From Trichosphaerium sp. ATCC 40318 (lineage: Eukaryota; Protista; Tubulinea), in NCBI GenBank assembly GCA_038496445.1, contig JALMLS010000356.1, positions 62,001 through 126,000 on the forward strand: a stretch of 64,000 nt of DNA. The letters run 5' to 3'. The position numbers and the translations under genes were made by a program. Below the pieces are notes generated by a model, which worked only from the letters and a program-made list of their open reading frames with translations, did no database searches and had not been told where the DNA came from. Shown here in pieces: positions 35,266 to 49,312 of this stretch; the first letter of the stretch is position 1, and every line of letters starts with the position of its first letter.

Positions 35266-36747
35266 ATGGCAGATAATACAAGTGACATTAGTCTCCTGGA
35301 CTTTCCTGCAGAGGTACAAACTGAAAACAGCGTTTAAGGTGTTTTAAACAATATTGTAGCTATTGGTTCATATTATCGCGTTTTTGGATAATAAAAGGGA
35401 TATATACGTGTGTATGATGGTTAACAAGGAGTTAAACAGATGTAGCAGTGATAATATGGTACAACAGAGTTAAATACGCTCTCTAAACGGTAGTTAAAAG
35501 GTATGGGCCATGCAACTCAAGTCTTTGATTGGTAAAGTACCTGACAACGCTCACAACAACAGAATACGTTACCGCGACATTATTCGACATTCAACAACAT
35601 CAAAGGTGCGGGTTGTCTTCAAAAACGACAACATTCACTTTCCACCTTTGATACCACTCTTATTTTCAAAATTGTCACTTTCATCAGCCTGTCTACGTCC
35701 GTTCAAGTTGATGTTTTATCCACGTGTTAAATACAATTTAAGTCTTTTGACAACACGTGTCAACTAAAATGCCAGTATGTTGCACGTAAATTTTTTGTTC
35801 ACTCTTTGCTTCAAAAAAAGTATTTTTTCATGCTCGCAGTAGCCATGTTTTGAATAAAATATCGTACATTGAGGTACCTAGAATCGAATGAAGGAACTTT
35901 ATCAATAACGTTCTTCGAAAAGATAAAGATTGAGTAGAAGTATTTCAATTCGTCATCAATTGCGTTTAGCTAATTTATTTTACTCTCTTAGGCTCTTTTT
36001 GCAAAGGGAAAGTATGATCTATCGAAGAGCGATATTCATTGTGATTACAACATTGAAGATCATATTATTGGGTATTGTTACAGAGGAGAGTTAGAAAAAC
36101 TGTCAAAAAATGCTGATAAAATTGAAGTTAACAAAGTATCTCTTTACCGATCTTATGTATATTATGGCAACTTCTCATACCCATTCATGGTAAAGAGATA
36201 ATCGTAAAGCAACGTCATCACACTGACATATTATTACCAGGGCAAGATTATTATCAAAGACGGTATGACAACAAAAGCCAAATCAAAACCAGTTTGTTCA
36301 GCTCAAGTTTTCTTGAATAGGTTTGTACGTTCCACACATTGTAGAAAAAAATGGACGCGAAAGAAATACACCAGCACTAGTTCTCGCTAATACAGAAGCG
36401 GCAGGTTAGTGAATATATTTTATGTTCTAAACTAGAGAAAGGAAACAATTTAATTTTGATGTCTATTTTAGGAACTCCTTTGCATTGGGCTTGTATTTGT
36501 GGTCACGAAAAAGTTGTTAGATATTTATTAGATACCTTTTCAGATGAAATAGATGTTGACATAAAGATAAAAAAACACAATGCTACTGCTCTAAAAGGTA
36601 TCCAAAAAATCATGTGTTCAACGAGTTCGTACAACTGTACCTGTTGAATAATGTGTTGTAGTTGCTCAATCAAATGGTCATCTAGAAATAGCAAGATTAC
36701 TGAGACAATTCAAAAGAATGAAACGTAGGAAAAACCGCCGTGACTAA
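35266..36747 (+). CDS. F-box + ankyrin repeat protein
   Basis: 'SLLDFPAE|LLVHIIAFLD...CMMVNKEL' F-box; 'GTPLHWACICGHEKVVRYLL' and 'ATALK|VAQSNGHLEIARLL' ankyrin repeats. Confidence 0.8.
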
Positions 36748-37547
36748 ATAGTTATTGCATTCTTGTAGAGTAAGACATCTCGCCTTACAACTTTTGTAGG
36801 ATAAAAACCACTTTGTTATCTTCCTTACTCAATAATTTGGATAATAAAACATATTATACAACGCCATGTACCATTTGCAATATTAGCAGATATCACCAAG
36901 GTTCCAGAAACAGTGTTTTGGGTTCCTGAGGCTGAAACCTGTTATTGCGGAAGTTCGAGGCAACTTTTGGGTTCAGGAACACTTCGCTGAATGTGAATGC
37001 TTCCTCTTCGGTTTGGAAGATCCTGTCAGGGTCAACACCTTGCGTACGTGCTGCATCGTTTGTATTGGTATACAACCGTCAAGTTGGCTGCGCCGCTATT
37101 CGATGAACAAATAAAAACTTCCGCTTCGATTTGACTCTTATTTTAAACAAGTACTTCCCTTGCTTCTACAATGACGATGTTTACAAGATATAAAGGTAAA
37201 AACCATATTTTGAGATGGAAGTTCATTTTCACGTGCGTTGCAAAATGTTTGATGAAGCGACTTACGTCGAACTTCTTGCGTTTTATATTATTTTATGTAA
37301 AAGAGGCCCAAACGCCTTATTTTCAACATGTAAACGTGCTGTGGGCCGTTATCTTCTTGATGAAGGATCGGTGTCTTTGCGATCACCGTCTCTTCATTTA
37401 ACGATTGTGCGTCAATCGCCATTTTTGTGGAAGCAATACACTTGCGACAACTCTTCATTTACTAGACGGCATCAGGACACGTTAGTGAATTCCAACAGCT
37501 CCAATATATATACTTTATCGCCAACTAAATCCTTTGTAGTTTACAAC

Positions 37548-40500
37548 ATGTCTTTACATATCGCAGGTACATATTTAAAAATGTTTGTGGCTCACTTTTG
37601 TAAGCCTTTTACGGAGATGATGATAAGGTCAAATTGTTATTAAAATCAGGAGCTGCCATTGAAGGTGAAGAAGGTGCAAAAGACACACCATTGATTACAG
37701 CAGGTATTGTTCATGACACCCTCTACACTGTACTAACCGCTATTAGCATTTTACGGACATGTTAATGTGGTTAAAACGTTACTGAAGGCAGGAGCCAATG
37801 TTAATGCTACAAACAAAAAAGGGAAAACATCTTTACATGGCGCAGGTACTTATCATCTTCTTTAAAGCAACTACCCACATTCACAATCTAGTTTACCGTG
37901 GTCACCATGATGTGTTCCGAATATTATTGGAATCAGGTGCCTATGTGAATGTTTTCAGTACATCTTTCCATGAAACACCTTTACATTGTGCAGGTAATCA
38001 TCAATTCAATAAAACTGGGTACTAATAATTACTAGCGGCACAAGGGTATGATTTAATGGTCGAAACCTTGTTGAAATCAGGTGCTGACATTAATGCCCGA
38101 GATAAACATCAACGTGTACCTTTACATATTGCTGGTAATACCTCAAGTCACTAAAATATATCTTACTGTATTATTAGCCATAGAAGGGAAAGAATCTATT
38201 GCTGCATTATTGTTAAAAGCAGGCGCAAACATTGATGATAAGTGCAAAAGTCTGCAAACACCATTACATAAAGCAGGTGAGGAATTTGTCTAACAAGACA
38301 CTTTTAGTTACTCTATTTAGCTGATGAGGGACATAACAAAGTAGTTAAGCTACTGTTAAAACTTGGTGCCAGTATAGATGCTATCGATACCCTAACACAA
38401 ACGCCTTTATATGTAGCAGGTACTAAACTGGCTGTTTTTAAAGCAGCGCTATTAGATAACTAAGTATATTTAGCATTCAGAGGACATGAAGCTGTTGTTA
38501 AAACACTATTGATGTCAGGGGCCAATGTTAATATTGCAGAGATGGATGATGATCATTTAGATGCTGCAGGTAGAGTGAGTTTTAATAAGCCAGGTTTACT
38601 AAATCAGTTAAGTTTCAAGTAAACGTCCTTCCATTATAACGCTACTATTAAAAGCGGGAGCAAAGATAGACACCTCCACTGATTATTGGGATTCTTGGAA
38701 AAGACAAACAGTTATCGACTATATCATTAAAGGAGTTGTAGAGAACAATGCCAATTTTGCAGATGCATTCAGATACATGATGTGTCAATTGCCAAACAAC
38801 AAACTTGAATGTCAATCATTTTGGTTAAAAGAATTAAACACAAATGCATATTGGAGATGTATACTTGCTAACTGGCTACGCTATTTGGTATGTTGGATCG
38901 TTAAACTTATAGTACACACTCAATACTAATTCTGATATCTACAAATAGCCATCACAGCCTTACTTTGAGCTTGCAATTGAAAAAGGGATTTGTAGTTTGA
39001 TTTGTACTTACCATCCAATCCTCGTTCTTTCTCAGGTTTGAAACTTCTTAAAATGGGCAGTAATTGACACGTTTATTTTAGAGTTTTTGGCATTCAAACC
39101 AGGAATGTATGATGGGCATCTTACTGGACTTGCCAAAGGACATGTGGAACAATACACGTGATGCCATTGAACTGGTAAAAAATGATTCCTTGAGGGCAGT
39201 TGTACATGCCCATTGTGTTTCAAAAGGATGGTGTCCTCAATACTTCTTGGGTGAACAAGATGATTTGCGTGAGTGCTTTATCAACTAACAAGGTTCAATA
39301 CTTACTTATTGTAGAGCGTTGTGACGATAAAAGGGTTGTGTGCATCCATTGTGCTAAACTACATCACCGAGAATATTCCTACTTATGTATTACAATTAAA
39401 GAGAAAAAAGACTGGCCCAATTTTGACCCTACTTGCATTCACAAACAAGACATTCCAATCTCAAAGATACTTGTTGACCAAGTTAACAGTACGTCACATG
39501 TCATCAGAGGTGAACACAAGTTAGAGCATGTATCTGATAACATTTGGGGAATGAATGAACGACTGAGATACGCACAAAGCTGGGATACTACAAACAATGG
39601 GTGAGTCATAAAAATAACAACTAATGATTATTGACATTATACAACAAAAAGGGATTATGTCAAGAAGGCAACACATTACAAGACTTTGAACCTTCTCGAT
39701 TCAAATGACATTGTCGCCAAAAGAGAGTATCTCAACTTACTTGATCACATGTCTAAAATGAAAGGGTTTGAGTTATTCGAGATAACTGAAGCAGTTCTTG
39801 TGAACAATACTGTTTTGAGTGATAAATTCAGTGCTTACAACTCTATACTTGCTCATAGACACAAGTACGTTTACCACTTTCTATCTTTGTTTGAATTTCA
39901 CAAAGTTAGGACGTTACCAAAGTTATTCTGTAAACGTGACTGGGAGAAGAGTCATGCCAAGGATATGGTGCTTCAAAAGTTCAACGATCTTTGTTCAGTC
40001 TATTCGCAAAGCTCTAATGAAACGGATGAAAAAGTAACAACACCTACAAACTAGTAGCTTGTGACTCCCTTTGCTAGGTACCAGTGATTTTGATGGCTCA
40101 TGGTACTTCAAAACAAGCCGCTTGGAGTATTGTACAAGGTGGTTTTGGGACAGTAAGCTCATTGGACGCTGGATTCTATGGACAAGGCATATACTTTACA
40201 GTAAGTCTTCAAAGGCAACATAAAAGTACATGCTAAACTTGAAAAATAGAGCAATGTGAGGTATGCTTGTATGTACGATACATCAGGACCAGAGAAAACA
40301 TTGATATTGAGCTTTGTTACGCCAGGAAACACCTACCCTGTACGCCTTTGACTTGATAATAGTAGGTCTAACTATGATAATAGGCAACAGAAGATCCGAA
40401 TGGTCCTGGTAATCTACATGGAGCACCAATAAAATCGGGATATCAAAGTCATTACGCATGTGTAAACAGAAAGGGTAAACCATTTAAGATGTCAGAACGT

Positions 40501-41064
40501 GAAAATACAAAGTCAAAAGCTGTTGAATACGATGAACTTGTTGTAGCACAAGGTACTTTTCAATAAGAATACAGTGTCTATTTCTGATCTTTACAAGATG
40601 ATCAAGCAATTGCACGTTATATAGTCACACTTGTGAAGAAGAAGCGTAGAGGCAAAAATCGTTCTGTTGAAAACAAAGAAGGAAATATCAAAGAACCACA
40701 AACAACGAAATCAGACTGTTCTGATGATGAGTTTTCTGATGATGAAGGAGACAATGAATTCATACAAAAACGGTACTTAACGCTATTACTGTATTCAACG
40801 CTAACAAGTACAAGTAATCTATGGGGAGCGAATGAAGTCAGTGAAGAACAAACAATATCTCCAAATACACAAACAGATATTGTCAAGAAGACTCACGAAA
40901 CACAAGCTCCTATAGCTTCTGTAAAGGTATTGCCGGATGTTGTGGAACCTCAATTCTTGAACTTGCAGGAAGAGGTTAACTTTTTGAGGCAGAAAATTGA
41001 ACTACTGCAGCGCGAGATCAGCACATTGAAGCAAGAGAACAGCTTAAAACTAAACCAACAATAA
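37548..41064 (+). CDS. Ankyrin-repeat protein with PARP-like (ARTD) ADP-ribosyltransferase domain and C-terminal coiled coil; 5' end uncertain
   Basis: At least 7 ankyrin repeats at 37550-38680; 'MAHGT...IVQGGF...GFYGQGIYFT|SNVRYA' and 'EYDELVV' give an H-Y-E triad. Confidence 0.8.
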
Positions 41065-42105
41065 AGTTGATGAATCAATCCACTACACTATCACCCAGGC
41101 ACAAACCTATCTTCCTAAGTGTAAACACATAAAAGAACAGTTATTTTATACATCTGGATGTTGTTGCTCTTTTACCAGTGGTCATGTAAAAGCGCTAGCT
41201 CCAATGAAAACATAACATTGAGTCAAATTATAACACCTGACAGCCAGCAACATTTGAAGAAAAAAAAATTTCGTAGTAAAACCTTTCCAAAGTTTTTTCA
41301 CACCGTTGCTTGTTCTTTTAAAATGATACCTTTGTTTTAATACCAAAAATTCACTTGTAACTCGACCACAAAATCAAAATTTATGGTTCGTTCTCAGTCC
41401 ACAGCGTTGGAAGGTAGTTATTTTCAAGAATAAGCCTTGGATTTCTATCGTCAAGCATACACACTTGCTTTCTCTCTTCAGGAGGTATGCATTCCTTGGA
41501 GCTCGTATCATCCTTCTGCAGCTTACATGTTAGCCTTAGTAGAAGCCTTGCTGCTATTGCTGCGAGACTAGAAGTACAAAGTTAAAGAAAGAACTGTTGA
41601 TGCATGCAAGCATTGTACTTATTTCGAAAGGTTTAGTAGCAGAGTGGTATCCTTGCAGCCACGTATGTCAAATGGAACTCTTTGTCATTCCAAAACAAAG
41701 AAACCAAAGAAATGACAGACTATAATGTTTGTTAGTTTACTTGTGCAACAAGAGTACACGAAATTACCAACGAGGCAGATCTCTCCACTGAAAATTATGA
41801 CATAGTACCAATGACTCAAACGTGCACAAGCATGTCTAGCTAACACTTGCCAAAGGCAATCAACAAAACAAGTAAACACCAAAAGATTAACGTGCCGACC
41901 AAGTCATCTCACCTACATGCATTATCGACACAGTAACCTTATCAATAATAAAGACTATATCATCTTATATTTGAACTACCGGCAAAAAATTAGAACGTCC
42001 GTTAAAACACTAAAACCCGAAAAGTTGGTAAATTTCTGACGCATTCCCGATTCTCCGTTTCGGTAAATAGAAACTCCTCCACATCATCCTAAAAGTATTG
42101 TAATC

Positions 42106-42964
42106 ATGTTAAGAACACTAGTAAACGCAGCACAACGTCAAATGGGATCCACCTTCGGTATTATAAAGGAAGAAACGCCAGATCATACAGTATTGGCTAA
42201 TAAAGGGTCCTATGAGATTAGAAAGTATCCTTCGCTACTTATAGCAGAGACAACGTACAATGGTACGTGAAAATCGTTACTTTTCTTAAAACGCATAACG
42301 TTATGCTCAAACGCGTTAATAAATCACTTAGGTAACGATTCTATTGGTTTTAGGTCACTAGCAGGGTTTATATTTGGAAAAAACACTGTTGGCGATACAA
42401 AGTACGTACACAAGCGCTGTGACAGTATTAAAGTATTTTTAACGCTTTTTTACAGTACAAGTGCCAATGTCGCGATGACAGCTCCTGTTGAAATTAAAAA
42501 GCTTGACAATAAGAGAATCATGCGTTTTATTATGCCATCAAAGGTAAACCAAGCATTTTAAAACTCTCTACTGTTGTCGGGTTTTTTTGCTAATATTTCT
42601 TTTGTCACTTAACTAACTGCCTTCTAAGTACACTATTGATACTCTACCAAAGCCTAAAGATGCATCAGTTGCAATAAAACAAACTGAAGGTCTCATAGTT
42701 GCTGTTAGAAAGTTCTCTGGATACACAGGAGATGATAAACTAAAGACACAACGTGAAGCACTATTGTCAGATTTAAACAAAGACAAAGTCACATTAAACC
42801 CAGATGAGGACTGGTACTACAACCAGTATAACCCACCATTGTACGTATTATATTACCACTATTTTCTTGTTTTGTAGTTGTGAGATTTTCTCACGTGATA
42901 CCTTAGCACATTGCCATCAATGCGTACAAACGAAATTTGTATTCCAGTGAAATTCGAAAGTTGA
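42106..42964 (+). CDS. SOUL/HBP heme-binding protein
   Basis: 'YEIRKYP', 'GFRSLAGFIFGKN', 'VAMTAPV', 'MRFIMPSKY', 'VAVRKFSG', 'YNPPFTLPSMRTNEI'. Confidence 0.92.
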
Positions 42965-43984
42965 GTTTTAGTTTGGACCGATCATCATACTCCCCTTGTA
43001 TATTAATTAACAACCTTTCTTTTAATCTCGTTATATGAATTATCAGTTGCCCTATTTAAGCCTGCCTGTTTTTGTCAATACAGTTGTTTCACATCTCGAG
43101 TAAACAAGAAAACCCAACTCCGAATGTACTTTTTCTGTTGTTCGTTACTGCCTTTACTGTGAGTTTCTGTAATATCACGTACATACATCGCAATGAGCCA
43201 TACAACTGGGAATTGATGCTTAATTAAGTGTAAACTGTTATTCCGCAGCAATTACATTTAACGGACCTTGAGTAAATAATGACAACATTAAATTGCGTCT
43301 GTGACATCACACTAATAGTGTGCTTAAGATCACATCAGCTCCCAACTGAAAAGCTGTAAAATAAAATAGGGTTCTCGTATCGTTCAGTAAACAAGAATCT
43401 GTTTCGGAACGTCACGTGATTTTATGTGGACGATATACTATGCAACGATTATTGGGTTTAGTAAACTATCTATGTAGTACTCAAAAAAGGTTATTGAAAC
43501 CCACATCAGGATTCCTTTGGTATCTAAACTCGTCTCAAGAGCTCCTGCTATCTAGTGTACGGTTGCAGTTTTTGGAGTTGCCCGAATGTAGTTTTGTGTT
43601 CAGGAACTTCTCCTGTAAGGTAAGAAAACCATAGAAGCACCCAACCATTTTGCACGTTACCCATTACTTACATCCTCACTGCATTGGTAGTTGTACGGTA
43701 GTACACTATAAACTCCAAAGGCGCTAATTGGATCCATGGAAAAACTAGTAACTCCGTGTTGCCTTACATAACTATAACGAGCATGTATGTAAGCAGTGGC
43801 AACAAAAGCAAAGTTCCTTATTTGTTCGTAACAATGTTTCTTACAGCGCACAATTTTTTTCTGAAGAGTCAACGCTAGTTATCCCTCGCTATTTTTTTGC
43901 GTTTCTCGTCCACGGAGCTAGCAACAACGGTAGCCCATTCTATACAATCTTGTTAGACTTATAAGTATACAACAAGCCCTACAA

Positions 43985-44985
43985 ATGCCTTCTCTATTCA
44001 ACCTACAATTTAAAACTGAAGGCGTACCATCAACTGAAGTAGTACAGATAAGCATTACAGTCAATGGTACGTAGCGATTGGGTAAATACCCAAGTTAAGG
44101 GTAAAAAACAAAAAATCCGTTCCAATCAACTTTCTAAACTTTTAACAAAACACGTGATCCAAACGACGTCAAAATTTTTTTTCGCTTCCGTGCAGTTTTT
44201 TTTTTTTGGTTTGTGAAAACTTTTGTTGTCTTTCTTTACTCTTCATGTCTAATGTTTTACTAGATGTCAAGTACGTTGCTGTACAAGATGATAAGGTTAA
44301 AAATAAACACAAAGTACGACAAGTCCTATGGCCAAGGAAAACACTCGCTTTGGTTAGAATACAATCACTGGTACGTACACATGCCGACTAGCGTCGCAAG
44401 TTATTCTGAAGTAAAATAGTTTTTTGTTTCTGAAATTTTTTTTGTTGATAAAAAATTGATCACGTGATCTCTTATAACGAACAGACACTTCGTTTAGCGT
44501 CATCTAAAGACATTACAATTTTCAGATATTCTTCGCCGATTGTACAAACGAAATTTACTCAACTGAGACAAGTCGCGAAAACACAGCGACTTCCTCTTGT
44601 TTGGTAGATTGAAATTTCGTACTCACGTGTTTCGGTTTTTTTCCTTTGTTTTTTTTTCGAACACAAACGCTCTTGATACAGTTTTCAATTGAAATTTGAA
44701 CGACTGGTTCTACCCCTTAAATATACACCTACCTATAGCGCTATAGATTTTTATTTCTTTTTGGTTTTTAACCCACCACGTTGTGCGTTGAACTTACTTT
44801 TTTTCTTTTAGAATGATGCACGTTTTTACACAACATACTCTATCGTCCTACCAGATAAATTGAATGGTCTCTTTACTAAGCATTCACAACCTATAAAAGT
44901 ACCTGGAACAGAGAGATTTGGTAGCTGTACTGTATACATGAAGTGGAGGAAGATCCGATCACGAACAAGGTCCAGCACAGTCTAA
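43985..44985 (+). CDS. Small multi-exon hypothetical protein
   Basis: ATG exon MPSLFNLQFK..., canonical splice sites, final exon ending RSSTV-TAA; no family recognised. Confidence 0.45.
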
Positions 44986-45923
44986 AAAAAAAAAAACTTA
45001 AAAAACCGCCATCCGATGACAAAAAATAACTTTTGGTTTAGTAAGAAGAAGCAAGCTAAGAAAGCAGCGCATAGACTTCGTACATCTAATCTTGGCAAGT
45101 ATATTGGAGGTTAAATGGGTCAAATAAAACCTATACATGGCGTCTGGTGGCTAAAACCCAAAAAAGAAAGAACAGAAAAAAAAAGAAAAGAAAAAAAGTA
45201 TTGTAAAAATAACCAACTTGTAAAACAGATAAAGTAAAATTGTATTATTAATTAAACAAAAGACAATAAGATAAAAGAGTCCGGTAACTTATTTTAATAA
45301 TTCATAAAAAACTACACAAGCTAGAGCACATTTTTTGGTTGATTTTATTTTTTGCTTACCCTTTTTTTCGATCCATTCTTATTGACAATAAAGTGCTACG
45401 TGGAGTGACTGGTTAAGAATAAGAATGTATTAATTGATTGCGTCATCATACAAATAAAAAGGCAAAGGTAAGACGTTCACAATAAACCTAGTGGAGTAAT
45501 AATTGAAACTTCGAGAGTACATGTATCTTACAACACGTGATTATTAACAAACCCAGACGCCTGTTCAAAAGAACGCAGGTGCGCTTTTAATTATTTCCAC
45601 TCAGCCAAATTTCATCAGGTCTGGTTATCTTGTATCCAAGATATTGGTAGGTTTTATGAAGGCGCCAGACGAAAGGATTTTTTCAAAAAACAACTATGTC
45701 GCAAAGCCCTTATGATTTTTGAAAAGTTTTATTTTTTTGATTATCTTTCTCGTAATCATATATTTCCCAACCAACCAACCACGTTAATATTTTAAGTTAT
45801 TAACTATTACCTTCCAACCTCCAATGAATAGAGGAAAGAAGTTAATTTCTAAAAGTACAAATATTACCATCGGAGTCTTGCGTCACCTAAAAAAAGAACA
45901 TCAGAAAAAAAAAGATGTAATTC

Positions 45924-47832
45924 TCATTCGGATCTTGCTAAGTGACTTGCCTTGGTAGGGTTTGGATTGACTTTGGCTACAAGTTTTAGTTTACCAGTAA
46001 CAGGTGTCTTCCAGTCATTTTCTAGGAGACCACCAGTATCGCCAGAATCAGGGTTGAGACACCAAAAAAAGTTGTCTGTGTTTTCGGTTTCCACTAACCA
46101 CGTAGTGTATGCATCAAGCCATTGCTTCAAAACAATTAAATAAACAAGTATGTCAAAAGAACGTACTCCATCTGATCCAGTTAGTTGACCACCCCATTCT
46201 CCAATGACAATAGCGTTGCCTAAGGAACGTCAACAAAGCACGTGCAAAAAATCTTTCGTTTTACATACCTGTAACATTCGGCACAAAACCATAGTGAGTG
46301 TCCCATATCTCTGGCATATTTGCTGGGAAATTAGGGGCAGCGAAGTATGATTGATAAGCTACAGAAGGACCATAGCAATGAGGAGAGTATACAAGTTTAT
46401 CTTTTTGAGTTAACTCTACAGGTGCTTCATGAACGCCGAGAAGATTTTCTCCCCTAAAAAACTATTTTTAGATCGCTCGCAACACACTGAATATTGTCGT
46501 ACCAGAAACATGCGTTAGTACATGGTGGACTCTTGTTTGTTCCTTCGACAAAGATGAGGTACCTGCATACTAAAGTAAGCAAATAAAGAGCTTTGAGAAA
46601 AAAAGTGTTGGTAGAAAAAAATCGTACTTTGATCCAGCTGGAGTTGAATGGATATGGTTACCAATTCGTGCTGCAGCTTTATCCCAGTCAGTCTTTAGAT
46701 CTCCTGTATTCCATGTAGTTGCGAAAGGTTCATTCTTTAGATCAAGGGCAACAACATTCCAGGTGTTAGCGTATCGTGCGATAAGAGTATCCTTTGTAAA
46801 AAATTAGATCCATGTTTCCAACAAAACCTAAGTTTCTCGCTTACCCAGCCTTTGATGACCATGGATTCTGGATGAGTTGCGTCATACCATAAACCGTCTT
46901 GCATAAACGTGCCTAAGATATAGTGCGTTACAAATGGTAGTCATGGTAAGGAAATGAAGTACGGAAAAACAAGTTAATCTTACCTCCTAAGAAGGAATGG
47001 AGATCTAACATTATGAGAATACCGTTCTGTCCTGCGTAATCTATAATTTTATCTAGTACTTGCATTGAAGTCAAACTAGTCATTTCAAGTAAGTAAAAGA
47101 ATGAGACTTGTCGTAAAAGGGAACAGACACCAAAAAAAAAATCTCAAGAAACAAGATTGTTACGAAATCTTGGCGTACTTTTTGAGGTCTTCGTTCATGT
47201 TGTAATAGTTTATAGAATCAGGCATAGTGGTATTATTGAGTACCAATTCTAGGAGAGGAAGAAAATTAGAGTAGGATTGATCGAGGCTTTTCGTGGATGG
47301 TTTCTTTTGTTTTGTTTTGTCTTTCAATCTTATTTTTTTATTGTACCTAAGTAAAAAGGAAGTCTCATGGCGTTGAACCCATTCGTCTTTATAAAGTCCA
47401 ATAATGTTTTATAGTCTGAATTTATTTAGTATACTAGTTACTGGAGCAGTAAAAAAAAAATATGAAAATGTCACGTGACAGTACAAAAAGCAAGTAAAAG
47501 TCGGAAGAAAATTGTTAGGATAGTTTCTTCCTTTTTGTGATGTTAAAACTGTTTAAATATTGGCCTACCTTGTGCCCATAACCCATGACAGACATTATTA
47601 GTCGTTTCAAAACCGAACCAACTCAATCCTTTTAGATAAAATCGTTCGCCGTTCGCGTGCAGGTGACCGCCAGAAGACGTTAATTCAAACGCCTCTGGGG
47701 CACTACAACCAGCCCAGGCATAGATCTAAAGGGTTTTTGTTAATACACAACAGCACTGTGGATAGAGGACGATAATCTAAATAAGCCTACCGTGAAGGAA
47801 GATAAGACTATAAGAAATAGACACCAGTTCAT
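45924..47832 (-). CDS. Secreted GH5 endoglucanase (cellulase, subfamily 1-like)
   Basis: 'LKGLSWFGFET...HGLW', 'GFNAMRLPF', 'MLDLHS', 'LDLKNEP', 'YSPHCYGPSV', 'VIGEWG', 'FFWCLNPDSGDTGGLL'. Confidence 0.92.
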
Positions 47833-48232
47833 GCTTTCAGTTTACTTTGAGTGAAAACAAAAGGGAGGATTTTGGAAAACTTTGACCAAAAAACGATCTA
47901 GTTTTCGGCGTGTTTTGGTTCAGAGAACACTGTCGAGTCAGCGTCAGTGCCGATAGTTTCTTTAGAGTTGCACAGATAAATAACTTGCTGAGGAGACTGT
48001 TATAGAAAGCTCAATAAAAATAAAAAAGGCTTGGCGAAATAAATCTAGCTTCCCTTTTAACAGCTTTAGCCTTGTTGCAATAACAATATCATCACTATAC
48101 TGAACGAGGAGACTACAAGCAATGGTGTTCATAAAGGTTCGTTGCTATGTTAGTGGTAGTATACTGGCTACAGAATACGTAGCCCGTTCATCTCAAAAAA
48201 AAAAAGAGATAAACAATTATTATACAATATCT

Positions 48233-49191
48233 TTATTTAACAAGTTCATTGATAGCTTCAGAAAAGTACTCTGGCGTGCATGTCTTACTAAGCCTGTGAT
48301 CATCATCAACGACTTTTAGAATAATATGAGGACTTTTAGATTTCAATTCTTGACTATCTGCAAGAGGGATAACCTTCAGGAGAAAAAAATGTCAAAAAAC
48401 GTCATTAAAAAGCTCAAAAATGCTCTAAAAATGAGCTGAAACTTACTGTATCGCCTGTTCCATGTATCACAAATGCAGGCACATGAGAGGGAATGACGAT
48501 ATCATCGTTTGAGATGTAGTTGGCGTAGAAGTTAACTTGTTTGGCTGCTTGAGCGCAAAGTAATGTAGGACCACTCCATACGCGTTTGGTGATACAATAG
48601 AGTGCAATAGCGCCTCCAAAAGACGAACCTACCAATAGTCAGCCAAAAGCGGTTGAAATCAAAGAAAGTACGCGTTTCCTTACCTACTACAACGTCTGGT
48701 TGATATTCTTGTATTGCTTTAGCTTGAAGAGCTACGCATGCTTCAAGCATTTGACTGACTCGTCGCTGAGCCATCCTTATACCGCCATAAACTACGCCTA
48801 CAACGCTCATACACATTCCGACGCGAAAATAGGTGTTTGTTATTGCAAAAAGCAGACAAGCTACTCTGGCATGGTTTTAATACGTATTGCGACCTGTTTG
48901 AGCGTACCCTGATAGTGCTACGATAGATAGAGCGCCCATAGTTATTAACGGCTTCTTACGGGTATATTTCAGTACTGATTGTATCTCCGAACGCATTGAT
49001 ATGGCGTGAACGTCATGGTGCTTTTCTTGAGATGTTAAAATGAAACCAATCATATTCTCAGTTTAACGCACTCAAATTATTTACTTTACGCCCTCTAGGG
49101 CCAGATTCTAGCCCGTGCATGTATAGAACTATTTTTATAAACAAAATGCACAATTTCTTTGTTGAGGGGTACCTTTTATTTGTCTAGACAT
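48233..49191 (-). CDS. Alpha/beta hydrolase (YqiA/UPF0227-like)
   Basis: 'VLYMHGLESGP', nucleophile elbow 'VVVGSSFGG', 'IHGTGDTVIP', 'DDDHRL'. Confidence 0.85.
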
Positions 49192-49312
49192 TAAATATTA
49201 ATATGTGCTGTTGTTGAAGGTAATGTAGATTAGTCTGTGAACGGTATGTAGCGAATAGTATTGACTCAATACAAAATTCGTCTTCAATAGTGTCTTCTTT
49301 GCTATAATACGT

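Noticed and set aside
36893-37075. GC-richer 60-aa minus-strand ORF
   Set aside because: It has a non-ATG start, an upstream in-frame stop and no recognisable motif.
41380-41900. Possible small minus-strand gene ending ...LPTLWTENEP
   Set aside because: Upstream exons could not be joined convincingly.
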